This document shows positions 13,816 to 26,039 of a stretch of 64,000 nt of DNA, one piece after another. Both the position numbers and the translations under genes were made by a program. The notes under the pieces are model-generated. The model saw only the letters and a program-made list of their open reading frames with translations. It was not told where the DNA came from and made no database searches. Source of the stretch: Ranitomeya imitator (lineage: Eukaryota); assembly GCF_032444005.1 (NCBI RefSeq), contig NC_091291.1, forward strand, positions 137,144,001 to 137,208,000, in the 5' to 3' direction. Each line of letters begins with the position of its first letter. Within the stretch, counting starts at the first letter, position 1.

Positions 13816-14980
13816 AACTCAATCTTTGCTCACTTAACATGACAGCTCCACATAGACGCTGCTCCCTGCTGCATCTCCACCTGACCTGATCTGGATGGCT
13901 GAGAGCGAATATGCTTGGACTCCTGAGCTCTCTCACTTGTCAGCTTGACAGGGTTATACAGAATTACAGACATGGATTTTCACAGTAAGTACACCAGCCT
14001 CATCAGGTTCCGGAGCTCTATTTAGTGCGTCATGCAGTTTGTACTTTAATATCTGCTGCAGGCCCCACTCACATCAATCAGTGGAGCCTCTTCATTCTCC
14101 ATAATGATAAGGATCCCTGGAGGAGGGACAGGAAGTGATGTCACGCTGCTCATCAGACACCACCCCTTTAATTATTCTCTGAATTGCTCTGATTGGCTGC
14201 AGAACGGATCACAGTAGTCTTTGCTGCAACCTGGAATCTTGCAGTGCGACTCCTAGAACCGGTCATTACAGGGAACCGATGAGTCAGAAAAAAAAAAAAG
14301 AATAAAATCCACAGATCAAGAATAAAAAAAGGCCGAAAATGAAAGCGGAAATTGAGAATTCTTGGGAACTTTTGGATGTGGGAAGTAAAAAGAGAAGGAA
14401 AGAAGCGCTCGCACGTCGTGGAGGAAGAATCCAGAGCGCGGCAGACGTTGCCGGTCACAGGTCGTCGTTATATAATGGAAGCATTTACTCCTAATTACTT
14501 CCCCCATCATTTCCGGGACGCGATTATTGCTGGGACCCGGGACGCCAGGCGCTCGGTGACGTGGTGACTAATCAGAAAGCGACGCCGAGACACGGAAACA
14601 GAGCCCCCATTATATATGAGCAGCTTCAATGTGGATATCAATTATAGGATCTCTGCTTGCTGTGGGGGAGATAAAGAGGACGATCTCTACAAGGCTTCAA
14701 AATAGAGAAAAACAAAACAAAAAGTACTTGTCTCATCGATCCCGGCGCTTCCATCCGTCCGCAGAGAAATATAGGGCATCACAATAGTGTTCACATTCAC
14801 TTACAGCAAGCAGAGCGCCGGACAAATCCCCAGGAACTGAAAACGTTGTAGCAGATTTACTTTATGCACTTATTAAAGGGTTACTACCAACAAAGCAAGA
14901 TATCACCTGACCACAGGAGCGCTGGGGGACCCCCAAGACCCCCAGAACGGGGCCCCCACAACCTTCACCAGTACACTGTA

Positions 14981-15287
14981 AGGCTACGTTCACATTAGCG
15001 TTCCGCTAATGTGCGTCGCTGTTGCGTCGGCGACGCAGCGGCGACGCGCCCCTATGTTTAACATAGGGGATGCGTGCGTTTTTTTGGTTGCGTTTTCCGA
15101 CACGTGCGTCGTTTCCGACGCTAGCGTCGGACGCAAGAAAATGCAACAAGTTGCATTTTTCGTGCGTCCGATTTTCGTCAAAAAACGACGCACGCGTCGC
15201 AAAACGCAGCGTTTTTGCATGCGTTTGCGCGCGTTTTTTGTGCGTCGTGCGTTGCGTCGGCGCGCAACGCTAATGTGAACGTAGCCT
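14981..15287. mobile_element. MITE with TIR AGGCTACGTTCACATTAGCG
   Basis: Perfect 20-bp terminal inverted repeat, TA/TWA-type flanks, palindromic interior. Confidence 0.8.
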
Positions 15288-15661
15288 TACAAATGCTGCT
15301 TTTATGTCTTCAGCTCACAAGAGGATTGTCTGGACGCAACTGACACAAACCCGGAGCTGCGAGAGGTGATCACTTTTTCCCTCTTTATGCAAAACCTTCA
15401 ATTTGCAAACAGCAAGCAGAGTTGTTGAATTTGGTGAGGAATCTATGATCAGGGTGCATGAAAAAGCTGCAGAAAGGTCCCGCTGTTCAGTGACCGTTGG
15501 GACAAGAAACAGAATTTATTGCTGTCATTTTAACACTTGGTAGAAGAGAATTTGGAAGCATCACTTCTAGATCCAATGAGCCGGACCCCGCGGAGTCAGT
15601 TCTCCGACCACCTACTGTGCAGCATTCCTAGGAGATGGGGGGACGGATCGTCAGGTGGCAC

Positions 15662-17830
15662 GAGGGGGGCTCTGGGGACCGGTATTCTGCAGGTCGGGGG
15701 GCTCGGGAGACCAGTATTCTGCAGGTCGGGGGGCTCGGGAGACCAGTATTCTGCAGGTCGGGGGGCTCGGGAGACCAGTGTTCTGCAGGTCGGGGGGCTC
15801 GGGAGACAAGTATTCTGCAGGTCGGGGGGCTCGGGAGACCAGTATTCTGCAGGTCGGGGGGCTCGGGAGACCAGTATTCTGCAGGTCGGGGGGCTCGGGA
15901 GACCAGTATTCTGCAGGTCGGGGGGCTCGGGAGACCAGTAATCTGCAGGTCAGGGGGGCTCGGGAGACCGGTATTCTGCAGGTCGGGGGGCTCGGGAGAC
16001 CAGTATTCTGCAGGTCGGGGGGCTCGGGAGACCAGTATTCTGCAGGTCGGGGGGCTCGGGAGACCAGTGTTCTGCAGGTCGGGGGGCTCGGGAGACAAGT
16101 ATTCTGCAGGTCGGGGGGCTCGGGAGACCAGTATTCTGCAGGTCGGGGGGCTCGGGAGACCAGTATTCTGCAGGTCGGGGGGCTCGGGAGACCAGTATTC
16201 TGCAGGTCGGGGGGCTCGGGAGACCAGTAATCTGCAGGTCAGGGGGGCTCGGGAGACCGGTATTCTGCAGGTCGGGGGGCTCGGGAGACCAGTATTCTGC
16301 AGGTCGGGGGGCTCGGGAGACCAGTATTCTGCAGGTCGGGGGGCTCGGGAGACCAGTGTTCTGCAGGTCGGGGGGCTCGGGAGACCAGTATTCTGCAAGT
16401 CGGGGGGCTCGGGAGACCAGTGTTCTGCAGGTCGGGGGGCTCGGGAGACCAGTGTTCTGCAGGTCGGGGGGCTCGGGAGACCAGTATTCTGCAGGTCGGG
16501 GGGCTCGGGAGACCAGTATTCTGCAGGTCGGGGGGCTCGGGAGACCAGTATTCTGCAGGTCAGGGGGCTCGGGAGACCAGTATTCTGCAGGTCAGGGGGC
16601 TCGGGAGACCAGTATTCTGCAGGTCGGGGGGCTCGGGAGACCAGTGTTCTGCAGGTCGGGGGGCTCGGGAGACCAGTATTCTGCAGGTCGGGGGGCTCGG
16701 GAGACCAGTATTCTGCAGGTCGGGGGGCTCGGGAGACCAGTATTCTGCAGGTCGGGGGGCTCGGGAGACCAGTATTCTGCAGGTCGGGGGGCTCGGGAGA
16801 CCAGTATTCTGCAGGTCGGGGGGCTCGGGAGACCAGTATTCTGCAGGTCGGGGGGCTCGGGAGACCAGTATTCTGCAGGTCGGGGGGCTCGGGAGACCAG
16901 TATTCTGCAGGTCGGGGGGCTCGGGAGACCAGTATTCTGCAGGTCGGGGGGCTCGGGAGACCAGTATTCTGCAGGTCGGGGGGCTCGGGAGACCAGTATT
17001 CTGCAGGTCGGGGGGCTCGGGAGACCAGTATTCTGCAGGTCGGGGGGCTCGGGAGACCAGTATTCTGCAGGTCGGGGGGCTCGGGAGACCAGTAATCTGC
17101 AGGTCGGGGGGCTCGGGAGACCAGTATTCTGCAGGTCGGGGGGCTCGGGAGACCAGTATTCTGCAGGTCGGGGGGCTCGGGAGACCAGTAATCTGCAGGT
17201 CAGGGGGGCTCGGGAGACCAGTATTCTGCAGGTCGGGGGGCTCGGGAGACCAGTATTCTGCAGGTCGGGGGGCTCGGGAGACCAGTATTCTGCAGGTCGG
17301 GGGGCTCGGGGGACCAGTATTCTGCAGGTCGGGGGGCTCTGGGGACCAGTATTCTGCAGGTCGGGGGGCTCTGGGGACCAGTATTCTGCAGGTCGGGGGG
17401 CTCGGGAGACCAGTATTCTGCAGGTCGGGGGGCTCGGGAGACCAGTATTCTGCAGGTCGGGGGGCTCGGGAGACCAGTATTCTGCAGGTCGGGGGGCTCG
17501 GGAGACCAGTATTCTGCAGGTCGGGGGGCTCGGGAGACCAGTATTCTGCAGGTCGGGGGGCTCGGGAGACCAGTATTCTGCAGATTGGGGGGCTCGGGAG
17601 ACCAGTAATCTGCAGGTCGGGGGGCTCGGGAGACCAGTAATCTGCAGGTCAGGGGGGCTCGGGAGACCAGTATTCTGCAGGTCAGGAGGCTCGGAAGACC
17701 AGTATTCTGCAGGTTGGGGGGCTCTGGGGACCAGTATTCTGCATGGAGGGGGGCTCTGGGGACAAGTATCCTGCAGGGCAGGGGGGGCTGTGGACCAGGA
17801 TTCTGCAGGGCAGGGGGGCCTGGGACCAGT
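15662..17830. repeat. 32-bp G-rich minisatellite (about 67 copies)
   Basis: GTATTCTGCAGGTCGGGGGGCTCGGGAGACCA. Confidence 0.97.
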
Positions 17831-17886
17831 TATGATGGAGAGAAGGATGCCACCGAATGGTTCACAATTTACACTTGTCTGTGATT

Positions 17887-18433
17887 GTGTAAAGCCCATG
17901 TTGTAGCAGCAGCAGACGCCGGGATGTGTAAAGCCCATGTTGTAGCAGCAGCAGACGCCGGGATGTATAAAGCCCATGTTGTAGCAGCAGCAGACGCCGG
18001 GATGTATAAAGCCCATGTTGTAGCAGCAGCAGACGCCGGGATGTATAAAGCCCATGTTGTAGCAGCAGCAGACGCCAGGATGTGTAAAGCCCATGTTGTA
18101 GCAGCTGCAGATGTCGGGATGTGTAAAGCCCATGTTGTAGCAGCAGCAGACGCCGGGATGTGTAAAGCCCATGTTGTAGCAGCAGTAGACGCCGGGATGT
18201 ATAAAGCCCATGTTGTAGCAGCAGCAGACGCCGGGATGTATAAAGCCCATGTTGTAGCAGCAGCAGACGCCAGGATGTATAAAGCCCATGTTGTAGCAGC
18301 AGCAGACGCCAGGATGTATAAAGCCCATGTTGTAGCAGCTGCAGATGCCGGGATGTGTAAAGCCCATGTTGTAGCAGCTGCAGATGCCGGGATGTGTAAA
18401 GCCCATGTTGTAGCAGCTGCAGATGCCGGGATG
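17887..18433. repeat. 39-bp minisatellite (about 14 copies)
   Basis: GTGTAAAGCCCATGTTGTAGCAGCAGCAGACGCCGGGAT. Confidence 0.97.
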
Positions 18434-18689
18434 AGCTGAGGAAAGGAATGGCAGGATTTTTTTTTTTTTTGGAAGCTGGTGCTAAAGAAAGCAGAGGCTT
18501 GGGATGAAGGAAAGAGACACTGCTGCCATCAAAGGGTTAATGTTGACTATTTCTGGGGGTAAAATGACACTAGAGGGAAAACAAACCCCACCCCTGGCTT
18601 TTTTTTGGGATGGAGTGTGCAACCCTGGCACCTGGTGTGGAGGAGGAGATGAGCCGGGTGGGAGGGCAAGTAGGGAAGGCTCCACCAGA

Positions 18690-18705
18690 TAGGATTATTT
18701 AAGAT
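18690..18705 (+). promoter_or_regulatory. TATA-like TATTTAA upstream of ANGPTL7
   Basis: At 18696-18702, about 110 nt before the ATG; motif only. Confidence 0.35.
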
Positions 18706-18806
18706 GCTGCAAAAGCTTCCCGCAGCAGATCAGCGACGAGGAGGAGGACAGCAAACAAGTCACTTTCCCCAGCGCTCTGCAGTTCAGAAGCTCCTCCGTG
18801 CTCACC

Positions 18807-19188
18807 ATGAACATCCCCATGAACATCCCCATCTTCATCGGCTTCTTCTTGCTATCTATGGCTGTCTTTCCATCCCGGTCTCAGAAGCCACTCAAGAAAA
18901 AGCCCCCCGGTCCCAACGGGCTGCAGAAGATGCCCGGCTGCTGCGAGGAGGTGAAAGATCTGAAGGTCCAGATCGCCAACCTGAGCAGCCTGCTGGAGGA
19001 GCTGACCCGCAAGCAGGAGACGGACTGGGTGAACGTGGTCATGCAGGTGATGAAGCTGGAGAGCGGACACAAGCAGGTGGAGAATCGCATGACCGACGCC
19101 GAGGAGAAGTACTCTGAGATGAACAACCGGGTGGAGATCATGCAGTCCCGGGAGCAGGCGGCCCAAACACAGACCCAGACCACGGCAG
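18807..19188 (+). CDS. ANGPTL7: Angiopoietin-like 7 exon 1 (signal peptide and coiled coil)
   Basis: ...GCCEEVKDLKVQIANLSSLLEELTRKQETDWVNVVMQVMKLES... matches human ANGPTL7; donor CAG|GTAAGC. Confidence 0.96.
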
Positions 19189-19622
19189 GTAAGCGGGACC
19201 CCCATCACATCTGGTGGAGACGGTTGCTTACTAATCGGCACAAACAGCCGAGGTTCCAGCAGAGACTTGCCCTCCCTGGCCTCGGCGCGGACCCCCCTCC
19301 ACCCACCAAAACCCGCGCTCAGATTAGTGTCAGAAATCTGTAAAACAAATCTCACCCTGATCCCCTCCGGGGGACGATCCGTGGAGAGGTGACAATCAGA
19401 GGTGGATGAGGAGGCGGCGGCGCTGACAAGTACGCTCCCAATCACACAGGTGTCAGACATAAATCTCCATGGAGGCAGGATAGCCAGGGGGGGCTACAGG
19501 TGGTCCTCACACACACTCCTGTTTCTAAGACATATGCGAATGATTTACGGCGCACGGTGGGGGGAGGGGGGGTACTGGCAGGAATCTGGACTTTCTTACC
19601 AGTGTGACTTGTGTTTTCGCAG

Positions 19623-19723
19623 ATGCCATTTACGACTGCTCCACCCTGTACGAGAAGAACTACAAGATATCGGGGGTCTACAAGATGCCGGCCAATAGCT
19701 TCCTGGGCAGCCCGGAGATGGAG
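19623..19723 (+). CDS. ANGPTL7: ANGPTL7 exon 2 (101 nt)
   Basis: (D)AIYDCSTLYEKNYKISGVYKMPANSFLGSPEME. Confidence 0.97.
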
Positions 19724-19799
19724 GTGAGACGCGTCCCGCTGCGCCGAGCGATCGCCGGTCAATAATCCTCGCTGACCTTGTGCTGCTTTCTGCCGCCAG

Positions 19800-19994
19800 G
19801 TGTACTGCGACATGGAGACGCAGGGCGGAGGATGGACGCTGATCCAGAGGCGCAAGGTGGGGCTGAGCTCCTTCAACAGGGACTGGAAGCAGTACAAGGA
19901 GGGATTCGGGAGCATCCGGGGGGACTTCTGGCTGGGAAACGAGAATCTGTACCGGCTGAGCCACCGGCCGACCGTCCTGCGAGTGGAGCTGGAG
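19800..19994 (+). CDS. ANGPTL7: ANGPTL7 exon 3 (195 nt), fibrinogen-like domain
   Basis: VYCDMETQGGGWTLIQRRKVGLSSFNRDWKQYKEGFGSIRGDFWLGNE... Confidence 0.97.
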
Positions 19995-20197
19995 GTGAGG
20001 ACTCCCCCGGGGCACATAGAGAGCGCAGCTCCGAATACACTGCATACATACAGCCCTCATCACTCCGATGCCACCGCTTGTGGTCAGTGAATAGAAACAT
20101 CCACAGATCATATCCACAGGCTGGAAACATGCACAGAACCCACACGTCTCACTGCTCAACCCACAGGGTCACAGTATACGTACATTATATTATAGCA

Positions 20198-20915
20198 GAA
20201 TAGTGAGTGCAGCTCTGGGGTATAATACGGGATGTAAATCAGGATCAGTAATGTAATGTATGTACACAGTGACTGCACCAGCAGAATAGTGAGTGCAGCT
20301 CTGGGGTATAATACAGGATGTAACTCAGGATCAGTAATGTAATGTATGTACACAGTGACTGCACCAGCAGAATAGTGAGTGCAGCTCTGGAGTATAATAC
20401 AGGATGTAACTCAGGATCAGTAATGTAATGTATGCACACAGTAACTGCACCAGCAGAATAGTGAGTGCAGCTCTGGGGTATAATACAGGATGTAGCTCAG
20501 GATCAGTAATGCATGTACACAGTGACTGCACCAGCAGAATAGTGAGTGCAGCTCTGGAGTATAATACAGGATGTAACTCAGGATCAGTAATGTAATGTAT
20601 GTACACAGTGACTGCACCAGCAGAATAGTGAGTGCAGCTCTGGAGTATAATACAGGAGGTAACTCAGGATCAGTAATGTAATGTATGTACACAGTGACTG
20701 CACCAGCAGAATAGTGAGTGCAGCTCTGGGGTATAATACAGGATGTAACTCAGGATCAGTAATGTATGTACACAGTGACCGCACCAGCAGAATAGTGAGT
20801 GCAGCTCTGGGGTATAATACAGGAGGTAACTCAGGATCAATAATGTAATGTATGTACACAGTGACTGCACCAGCAGAATAGTGAGTGCAGCTCTGGAGTA
20901 TAATACAGGGTAAGT
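20198..20915. repeat. 86-bp tandem repeat (about 8 copies) in ANGPTL7 intron 3
   Basis: GCAGAATAGTGAGTGCAGCTCTGG...GATGTAACTCAGGATCAGTAATG... Confidence 0.95.
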
Positions 20916-20967
20916 AATGTGGGGTACATGCACAGAATGTGACGTTTCCGCCTATCATTACCTCTAG

Positions 20968-21166
20968 GATTGGGAGGGACGCGTGAGATACGCGGAGTAC
21001 GCCCAGTTCTCTGTTGATAACGAGCAGAACAGTTACCGCCTCTTCCTGGGCAACTACAGCGGAAACGCGGGCAGAGACTCTCTGCGCTACCACAACAACA
21101 CGGCCTTCAGCACCAAGGATAAGGATAACGACAAGTGCCTGGATGACTGCGCTGGGCTGCGCAAAG
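20968..21166 (+). CDS. ANGPTL7: ANGPTL7 exon 4 (199 nt)
   Basis: DWEGRVRYAEYAQFSVDNEQNSYRLFLGNYSGNAG...CAGLRK. Confidence 0.97.
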
Positions 21167-21243
21167 GTAAAGGTGGCTCATCTACCGCGTGCAGACTGAT
21201 GTCACCAGGCGCCACGTGTAACGTTTCGCTGTATTTTCCACAG

Positions 21244-21413
21244 GCGGCTACTGGTACAACTGCTGCACGGACTCGAACCTCAACGGCATCTTCTACCGCA
21301 ACGGCGAGCACAACAAGCACTCGGACGGCATCAGCTGGTACGGCTGGCACGGATCCACCTACTCTCTGAAGAGGGTGGAGATGAAGATACGCGCCCAGGA
21401 CTTCCAGCCATGA
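21244..21413 (+). CDS. ANGPTL7: ANGPTL7 exon 5 (170 nt, stop TGA)
   Basis: GGYWYNCCTDSNLNGIFYRNGEHNKHSDGISWYGWHGSTYSLKRVEMKIRAQDFQP*; AATAAA at 21826-21831. Confidence 0.97.
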
Positions 21414-22059
21414 AGTGGCTGCCGCAGACGAGCGGCGCCCTCCTCTGGCGCAGTGGCTTCATACCGTATCTTGTAGCCCGTCTGCTCTGTATATAAAAGC
21501 GTCTATGTGGGAAGGCAGCGACGGGCTGAATAACGGGAGCAGCAGCTGCGAAGCCGAGGATAGGCCATGTCAGGAATATTAGGGGGCACCCCGGGGTCTA
21601 TAGACGGCCTCACATGACGCCATCACATCCTCCTAAAAGAGGAGCCCACCGCTCAGAGATGTATTTATACAGGGCGACCACGAGCGGTCCGGACCACCCA
21701 ACCAAATGACAAGACGTTGTACATAGCACATTCCCCCTCCGTGTCATTGTGTCACTTACTGTAAAGTCGTTTTTTTATTTGCTTCATAAAACTGGAAATA
21801 ATTATACTGATGGCCCGAAGGTCATAATAAAGGATTTTTTTTGTAAAAAATAATTAATGTGTCAGTGACATGAACCCCGGTGTATGAGATGAGATCGTGG
21901 CAGAGGGGAAAATAAAATGGAAAAATGCAAAAATCAGTGTGAAGGGAATGGTTTACGGATCCTAGAAAACCTGGAATCCCCCACAAGGGATCCGGGGCCC
22001 GTCCTGTGCGCATATCAGGGGTCACATCGTCAGAACGGTGACATGTCTCATCCTTCCCT

Positions 22060-22455
22060 AAGGCTGGTTTTACACTTGCCGTGTTTTTTCGGCCCATTTT
22101 TGCGGCCCCAATGCCTTTCTATGGGGCCGCAAAAACGGTCCGCAAAAATTCGTAGGAGCGCCTTACGCCCGTGAGGGCCGTATTTACGGCCGTGAAAAAA
22201 TATCATGCTTGCTCGATATATTTCATGGCTTACGGACACGGCCCCCATTGTAAATCAATGGGGCCGCAAAAACAACGGAAGGTTGCTTTTGCGGTGCGCA
22301 GCCACTTCTGGTTTCGCGGACTGCCGTTTTTTTTTCTCCCCAACACTTTTGCTATAGTATTGGAAACCTGGAAAACTGCGATCTGCAAGTTTTGTGCGGT
22401 CCATCATTGCGGCAGATTTTGAAAATTGCAGCAATACGGTATGTGTAAAAGAAGC
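22060..22455. mobile_element. Degenerate MITE (AGGCTGGTTTTACAC-type terminus)
   Basis: Imperfect TIRs and palindromic interior. Confidence 0.4.
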
Positions 22456-22904
22456 ATAAGACCAGATCTATCAGGGTATATGGCGGCCATGAAGAGAGCG
22501 GAGCCAGATCTGCAGGACCGGACCACATCCATTAATTACATACACGGCCATCATTGAAAATCGCTCTCACAATATATTACATTACTCCCGTAACAGCAGC
22601 TTCATGTTCAGATTTTGGGAAGAGGCAGTCATGACAAATCCCCTTTAAGACACTAGGTGACTGTCAAGGATCAGATCAGAGGGGGTCCCACAGAAAACAG
22701 AACAATTCTACACAAATTCTTCTATATTTTTGAGAGGTTTTAACCACATTTTACATAAATGATGATGAAAGGTTTTGCCGCTGTCTTCTGCATGGAGAAA
22801 AGTGTGGAATTTGTGGAGACGCTGCCGAGGATGAGAGGTCAAGTGTCAAAGACCACACAGATGGACGGGGCGTTACATGGACGGGGGGTGGGGGGCTTCC
22901 TTAC

Positions 22905-23050
22905 CTGATGAGGGACTCCAGGATCGCCGGGGTCGGCCCTTTCTGGAACTCCAGCTCTTTGTAATGTAAAGCTTTGGCGTAAGCGCGGCACCTGGATGCC
23001 CTTTCTCCGAGGAGGACCACTCCATTGTCATCTTGCAATGGCAAAGGGCC
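22905..23050 (-). CDS. MTOR: mTOR exon 28 (146 nt), start of FAT domain
   Basis: [48 protein letters not shown]. Confidence 0.97.
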
Positions 23051-23271
23051 CTGGGGAAACATGACAAGGACATAACTAGGATGCACGGACATAAAATGGG
23101 CTGCGATTAAAAAAGGAGATTTGGCGATGTGCAGTAGGGAGGTGAAATGGTGGGACACTATAGCATATCCTCTGCATATGAGGAACATATTGCTGGTGCA
23201 GAAATAATATGGGACAGAAGCAATAAGCTGACAATTTGTGTAGTTCCCACTGCAGGTGAAACCTCAAAGGG

Positions 23272-24835
23272 GGCGACCCATACGATAACCTCTGCCTGAG
23301 CGAGGATGACCCATAAGACTACCCCTGCCTGAGCGAGGATGACCCATACAACCTCTCGTGCCTGAGCAAGGATGACCCATACAACCTCTCATGCCTGAGC
23401 AAGGATGACCCATACAACCTCTCATGCCTGAGCAAGGATGACCCATACGACCACTCCTGCCTGAGCAACGATGACCCATACGATCTCTCCTGCCTGAGCA
23501 AGGATGACACAGACGACCACTCCTGCCTGAGCATGGATGACCCATACGACCACTCCTGCCTGAGCAAGGATGACACATACGACCACTCCTGCCTGAGCAT
23601 GGATGACCCATACGACCACTCCTGCCTGAGCGAGGATGACCCATATGACAACCTCTGCATTAGCGAGGATGACCCATACGAAAATCCCTGAGTGAGGATG
23701 ACCCATACGAAAACCCCTACCTGAGCGAGGATGACTCGTACGACCACTACTGCCTGGGCGAGGATGACCCATACGACCACTCCTGCCCGAGCGAGGATGA
23801 CTCATACGACCACTCCTGCCATGGCGAGGATGACCCATACGACCACTCCTGCCTGAGCAACGATGACCCATACGATCTCTCCTGCCTGAGCAAGGATGAC
23901 ACAGACGACCACTCCTGCCTGAGCATGGATGACCCATACGACCACTCCTGCCTGAGCAAGGATGACACATACGACCACTCCTGCCTGAGCATGGATGACC
24001 CATACGACCACTCCTGCCTGAGCGAGGATGACCCATATGACAACCTCTGCATTAGCGAGGATGACCCATACGAAAATCCCTGAGTGAGGATGACCCATAC
24101 GAAAACCCCTACCTGAGCGAGGATGACTCGTACGACCACTACTGCCTGGGCGAGGATGACCCATACGACCACTCCTGCCCGAGCGAGGATGACTCATACG
24201 ACCACTCCTGCCATGGCGAGGATGACCCATACGACCACTCCTGCCTGGGCGAGGATGACTCATACGACCACTCCTACCTGGGCGAGGATGACCCATACGA
24301 CCACTCCTACCTGAGCAAGGATGACCCATACAACCTCTCGTGCCTGAGCAAGGATGACCCATACAACAACCCCTGCCTGAGCATGGATGACCCATACGAC
24401 CACTCCTGCCTGAGCGAGGATGACCCATATGACAACCTCTGCATTAGCGAGGATGATCCATACGAAAATCCCTGAGTGAGGATGACCCATACGAAAACCC
24501 CTACCTGAGCGAGGATGACTCATACGACCACTCCTGCCTGGGCAAGGATGACCCATACGACCACTCCTGCCTGGGCGAGGATGACCCATATGACCACTCC
24601 TGCCTGAGCGAGGATGACCCTTACGACAACCCCTGCCTGAGCGAGGATTACCCATACGACCACTCCTGCCTGAGGATGACCCTTACGACAACCGCTGCCT
24701 GAGCGAGGATGACCCATACAACAACCCCTGCCTGGGCGAGGATGACTCATACGACAACCCCTGCCTGGGCGAGGATGACCCATACGACAACCCCTGCATT
24801 AGCGAGGATGACCCATACGACAATCCCTGCTAAAG
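23272..24835. repeat. 33-bp minisatellite (about 47 copies) with a 392-bp higher-order period
   Basis: GAGGATGACCCATACGACCACTCCTGCCTGAGC; variant marker at 23651, 24043 and 24435. Confidence 0.97.
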
Positions 24836-24915
24836 CGAGGACTGTTGCAAATAGTGAATCTCGATCATGGTCGCCCCTGAAATCACCACACATTGCCGTG
24901 CGTCTCCTCGTGTAC

Positions 24916-25078
24916 CTTATCGCTGTGCTCCATGAACTCCGCCAGGTTCAGCAGGGTCTGTGTGACCTCGGCAATGTCCTGAGCCGTCAGGGCCTGTTCA
25001 ATGCTTTGGACCAGCTCATCCTGTTGGTCTTCATTCAGCTCCGACCAGCAGGAAAGGAAGGCGGCATTAAACATATCT
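24916..25078 (-). CDS. MTOR: mTOR exon 27 (163 nt)
   Basis: [54 protein letters not shown]. Confidence 0.97.
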
Positions 25079-25164
25079 CTGCACGTGGAAAGAAGAAAAA
25101 ACGTTCAGTCACGTGCGAGTTGTAATGATGTGACGTGGGTGGACAGGCAGTGGGGGGGACTCAC

Positions 25165-25307
25165 CGGGCCAGTGGGTTATATGCTTGTGCCAGAGACCAA
25201 CAGGAACGAAGTGACGGAGAAGAGGAGTCTTTCAGGAGCTCCACACCGAGTCGTCTCAGCCACTCCAACCAGTCGTCTTTGGAGACTCTACGAGTCGCTT
25301 CCCAGGC
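25165..25307 (-). CDS. MTOR: mTOR exon 26 (143 nt)
   Basis: [47 protein letters not shown](R). Confidence 0.97.
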
Positions 25308-25385
25308 CTGAGAAGTCCAAAAATAACTAAGAAAACCCTTCAAGGGTCCGAATGTCAATATAGACAACATGGCTTCCCGCATTAC

Positions 25386-25529
25386 CTTCTGTAGATTGGC
25401 GGTGCTGACGTGCAACTTCTTCATTGGTCCGGTGTCCAATAAGCCTCCTGCAAACTCTCCTAGGTTTCCTCTAGGTGTACGATGCTGATAAATCAATGGA
25501 TCCTCTTCTTCATCCGCAAGAGTGTACCC
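25386..25529 (-). CDS. MTOR: mTOR exon 25 (144 nt)
   Basis: [48 protein letters not shown]. Confidence 0.97.
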
Positions 25530-25702
25530 CTGGTGGGTAGAAACATACAAATATATACTTGTGTGGGAAGCCTGTGGATGCAAGACCTCAAGTCCGAAGT
25601 GGGGCTTTATCATGGAGATCCTCCCCGATCATTAAGTGCTGGCACATCCCTTTATACCCCTTTAACAGATTAATAAAAGAATGACTGTTCCCGTGTCATT
25701 AC

Positions 25703-25795
25703 CTTTAAGATTCGGCATGTCAGCACCTCGTATCGCTGGTGCAGGATCCGGTGCTTTAGCAGCACCTTGTTCACCATTGGGATAAATATTTGGTA
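25703..25795 (-). CDS. MTOR: mTOR exon 24 (93 nt)
   Basis: YQIFIPMVNKVLLKHRILHQRYEVLTCRILK. Confidence 0.96.
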
Positions 25796-25876
25796 CTGGC
25801 AAGAAAATTCAGGAGAATTAAGTTATTTCATTTACTTGTCGCAGAATAAAAAAAGCCTAAAATCATTGTCCGGTAC

Positions 25877-26039
25877 CTTCTTCCCCAGCTGGAAGACTAA
25901 GGAGGACAGCGTGTCCATGGCGGTCTGTCTGAGCTCAGGGCAGACGTCCAGCGTGCGGACTATGGGGTGGATGATGCGGGAGGCATAATCGGTGAAATCC
26001 AGAGATTCGGTCAATCGATCCACGGTTTCCAGAGCCACC
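25877..26039 (-). CDS. MTOR: mTOR exon 23 (163 nt)
   Basis: VALETVDRLTESLDFTDYASRIIHPIVRTLDVCPELRQTAMDTLSSLVFQLGKK. Confidence 0.97.

Noticed and set aside
15537-18439. ORFs of 400-600 aa on both strands
   Set aside because: Translations of the 32-bp and 39-bp arrays; a 32-bp unit cycles through all frames.
9114-24835. CRISPR-like appearance of 30-50-bp repeats
   Set aside because: Units are directly tandem with no unique spacers, there are no cas genes, and the context is eukaryotic.
23264-25125. MGHPRSGRSGR-type repeat proteins
   Set aside because: 33-bp minisatellite inside MTOR intron 27.
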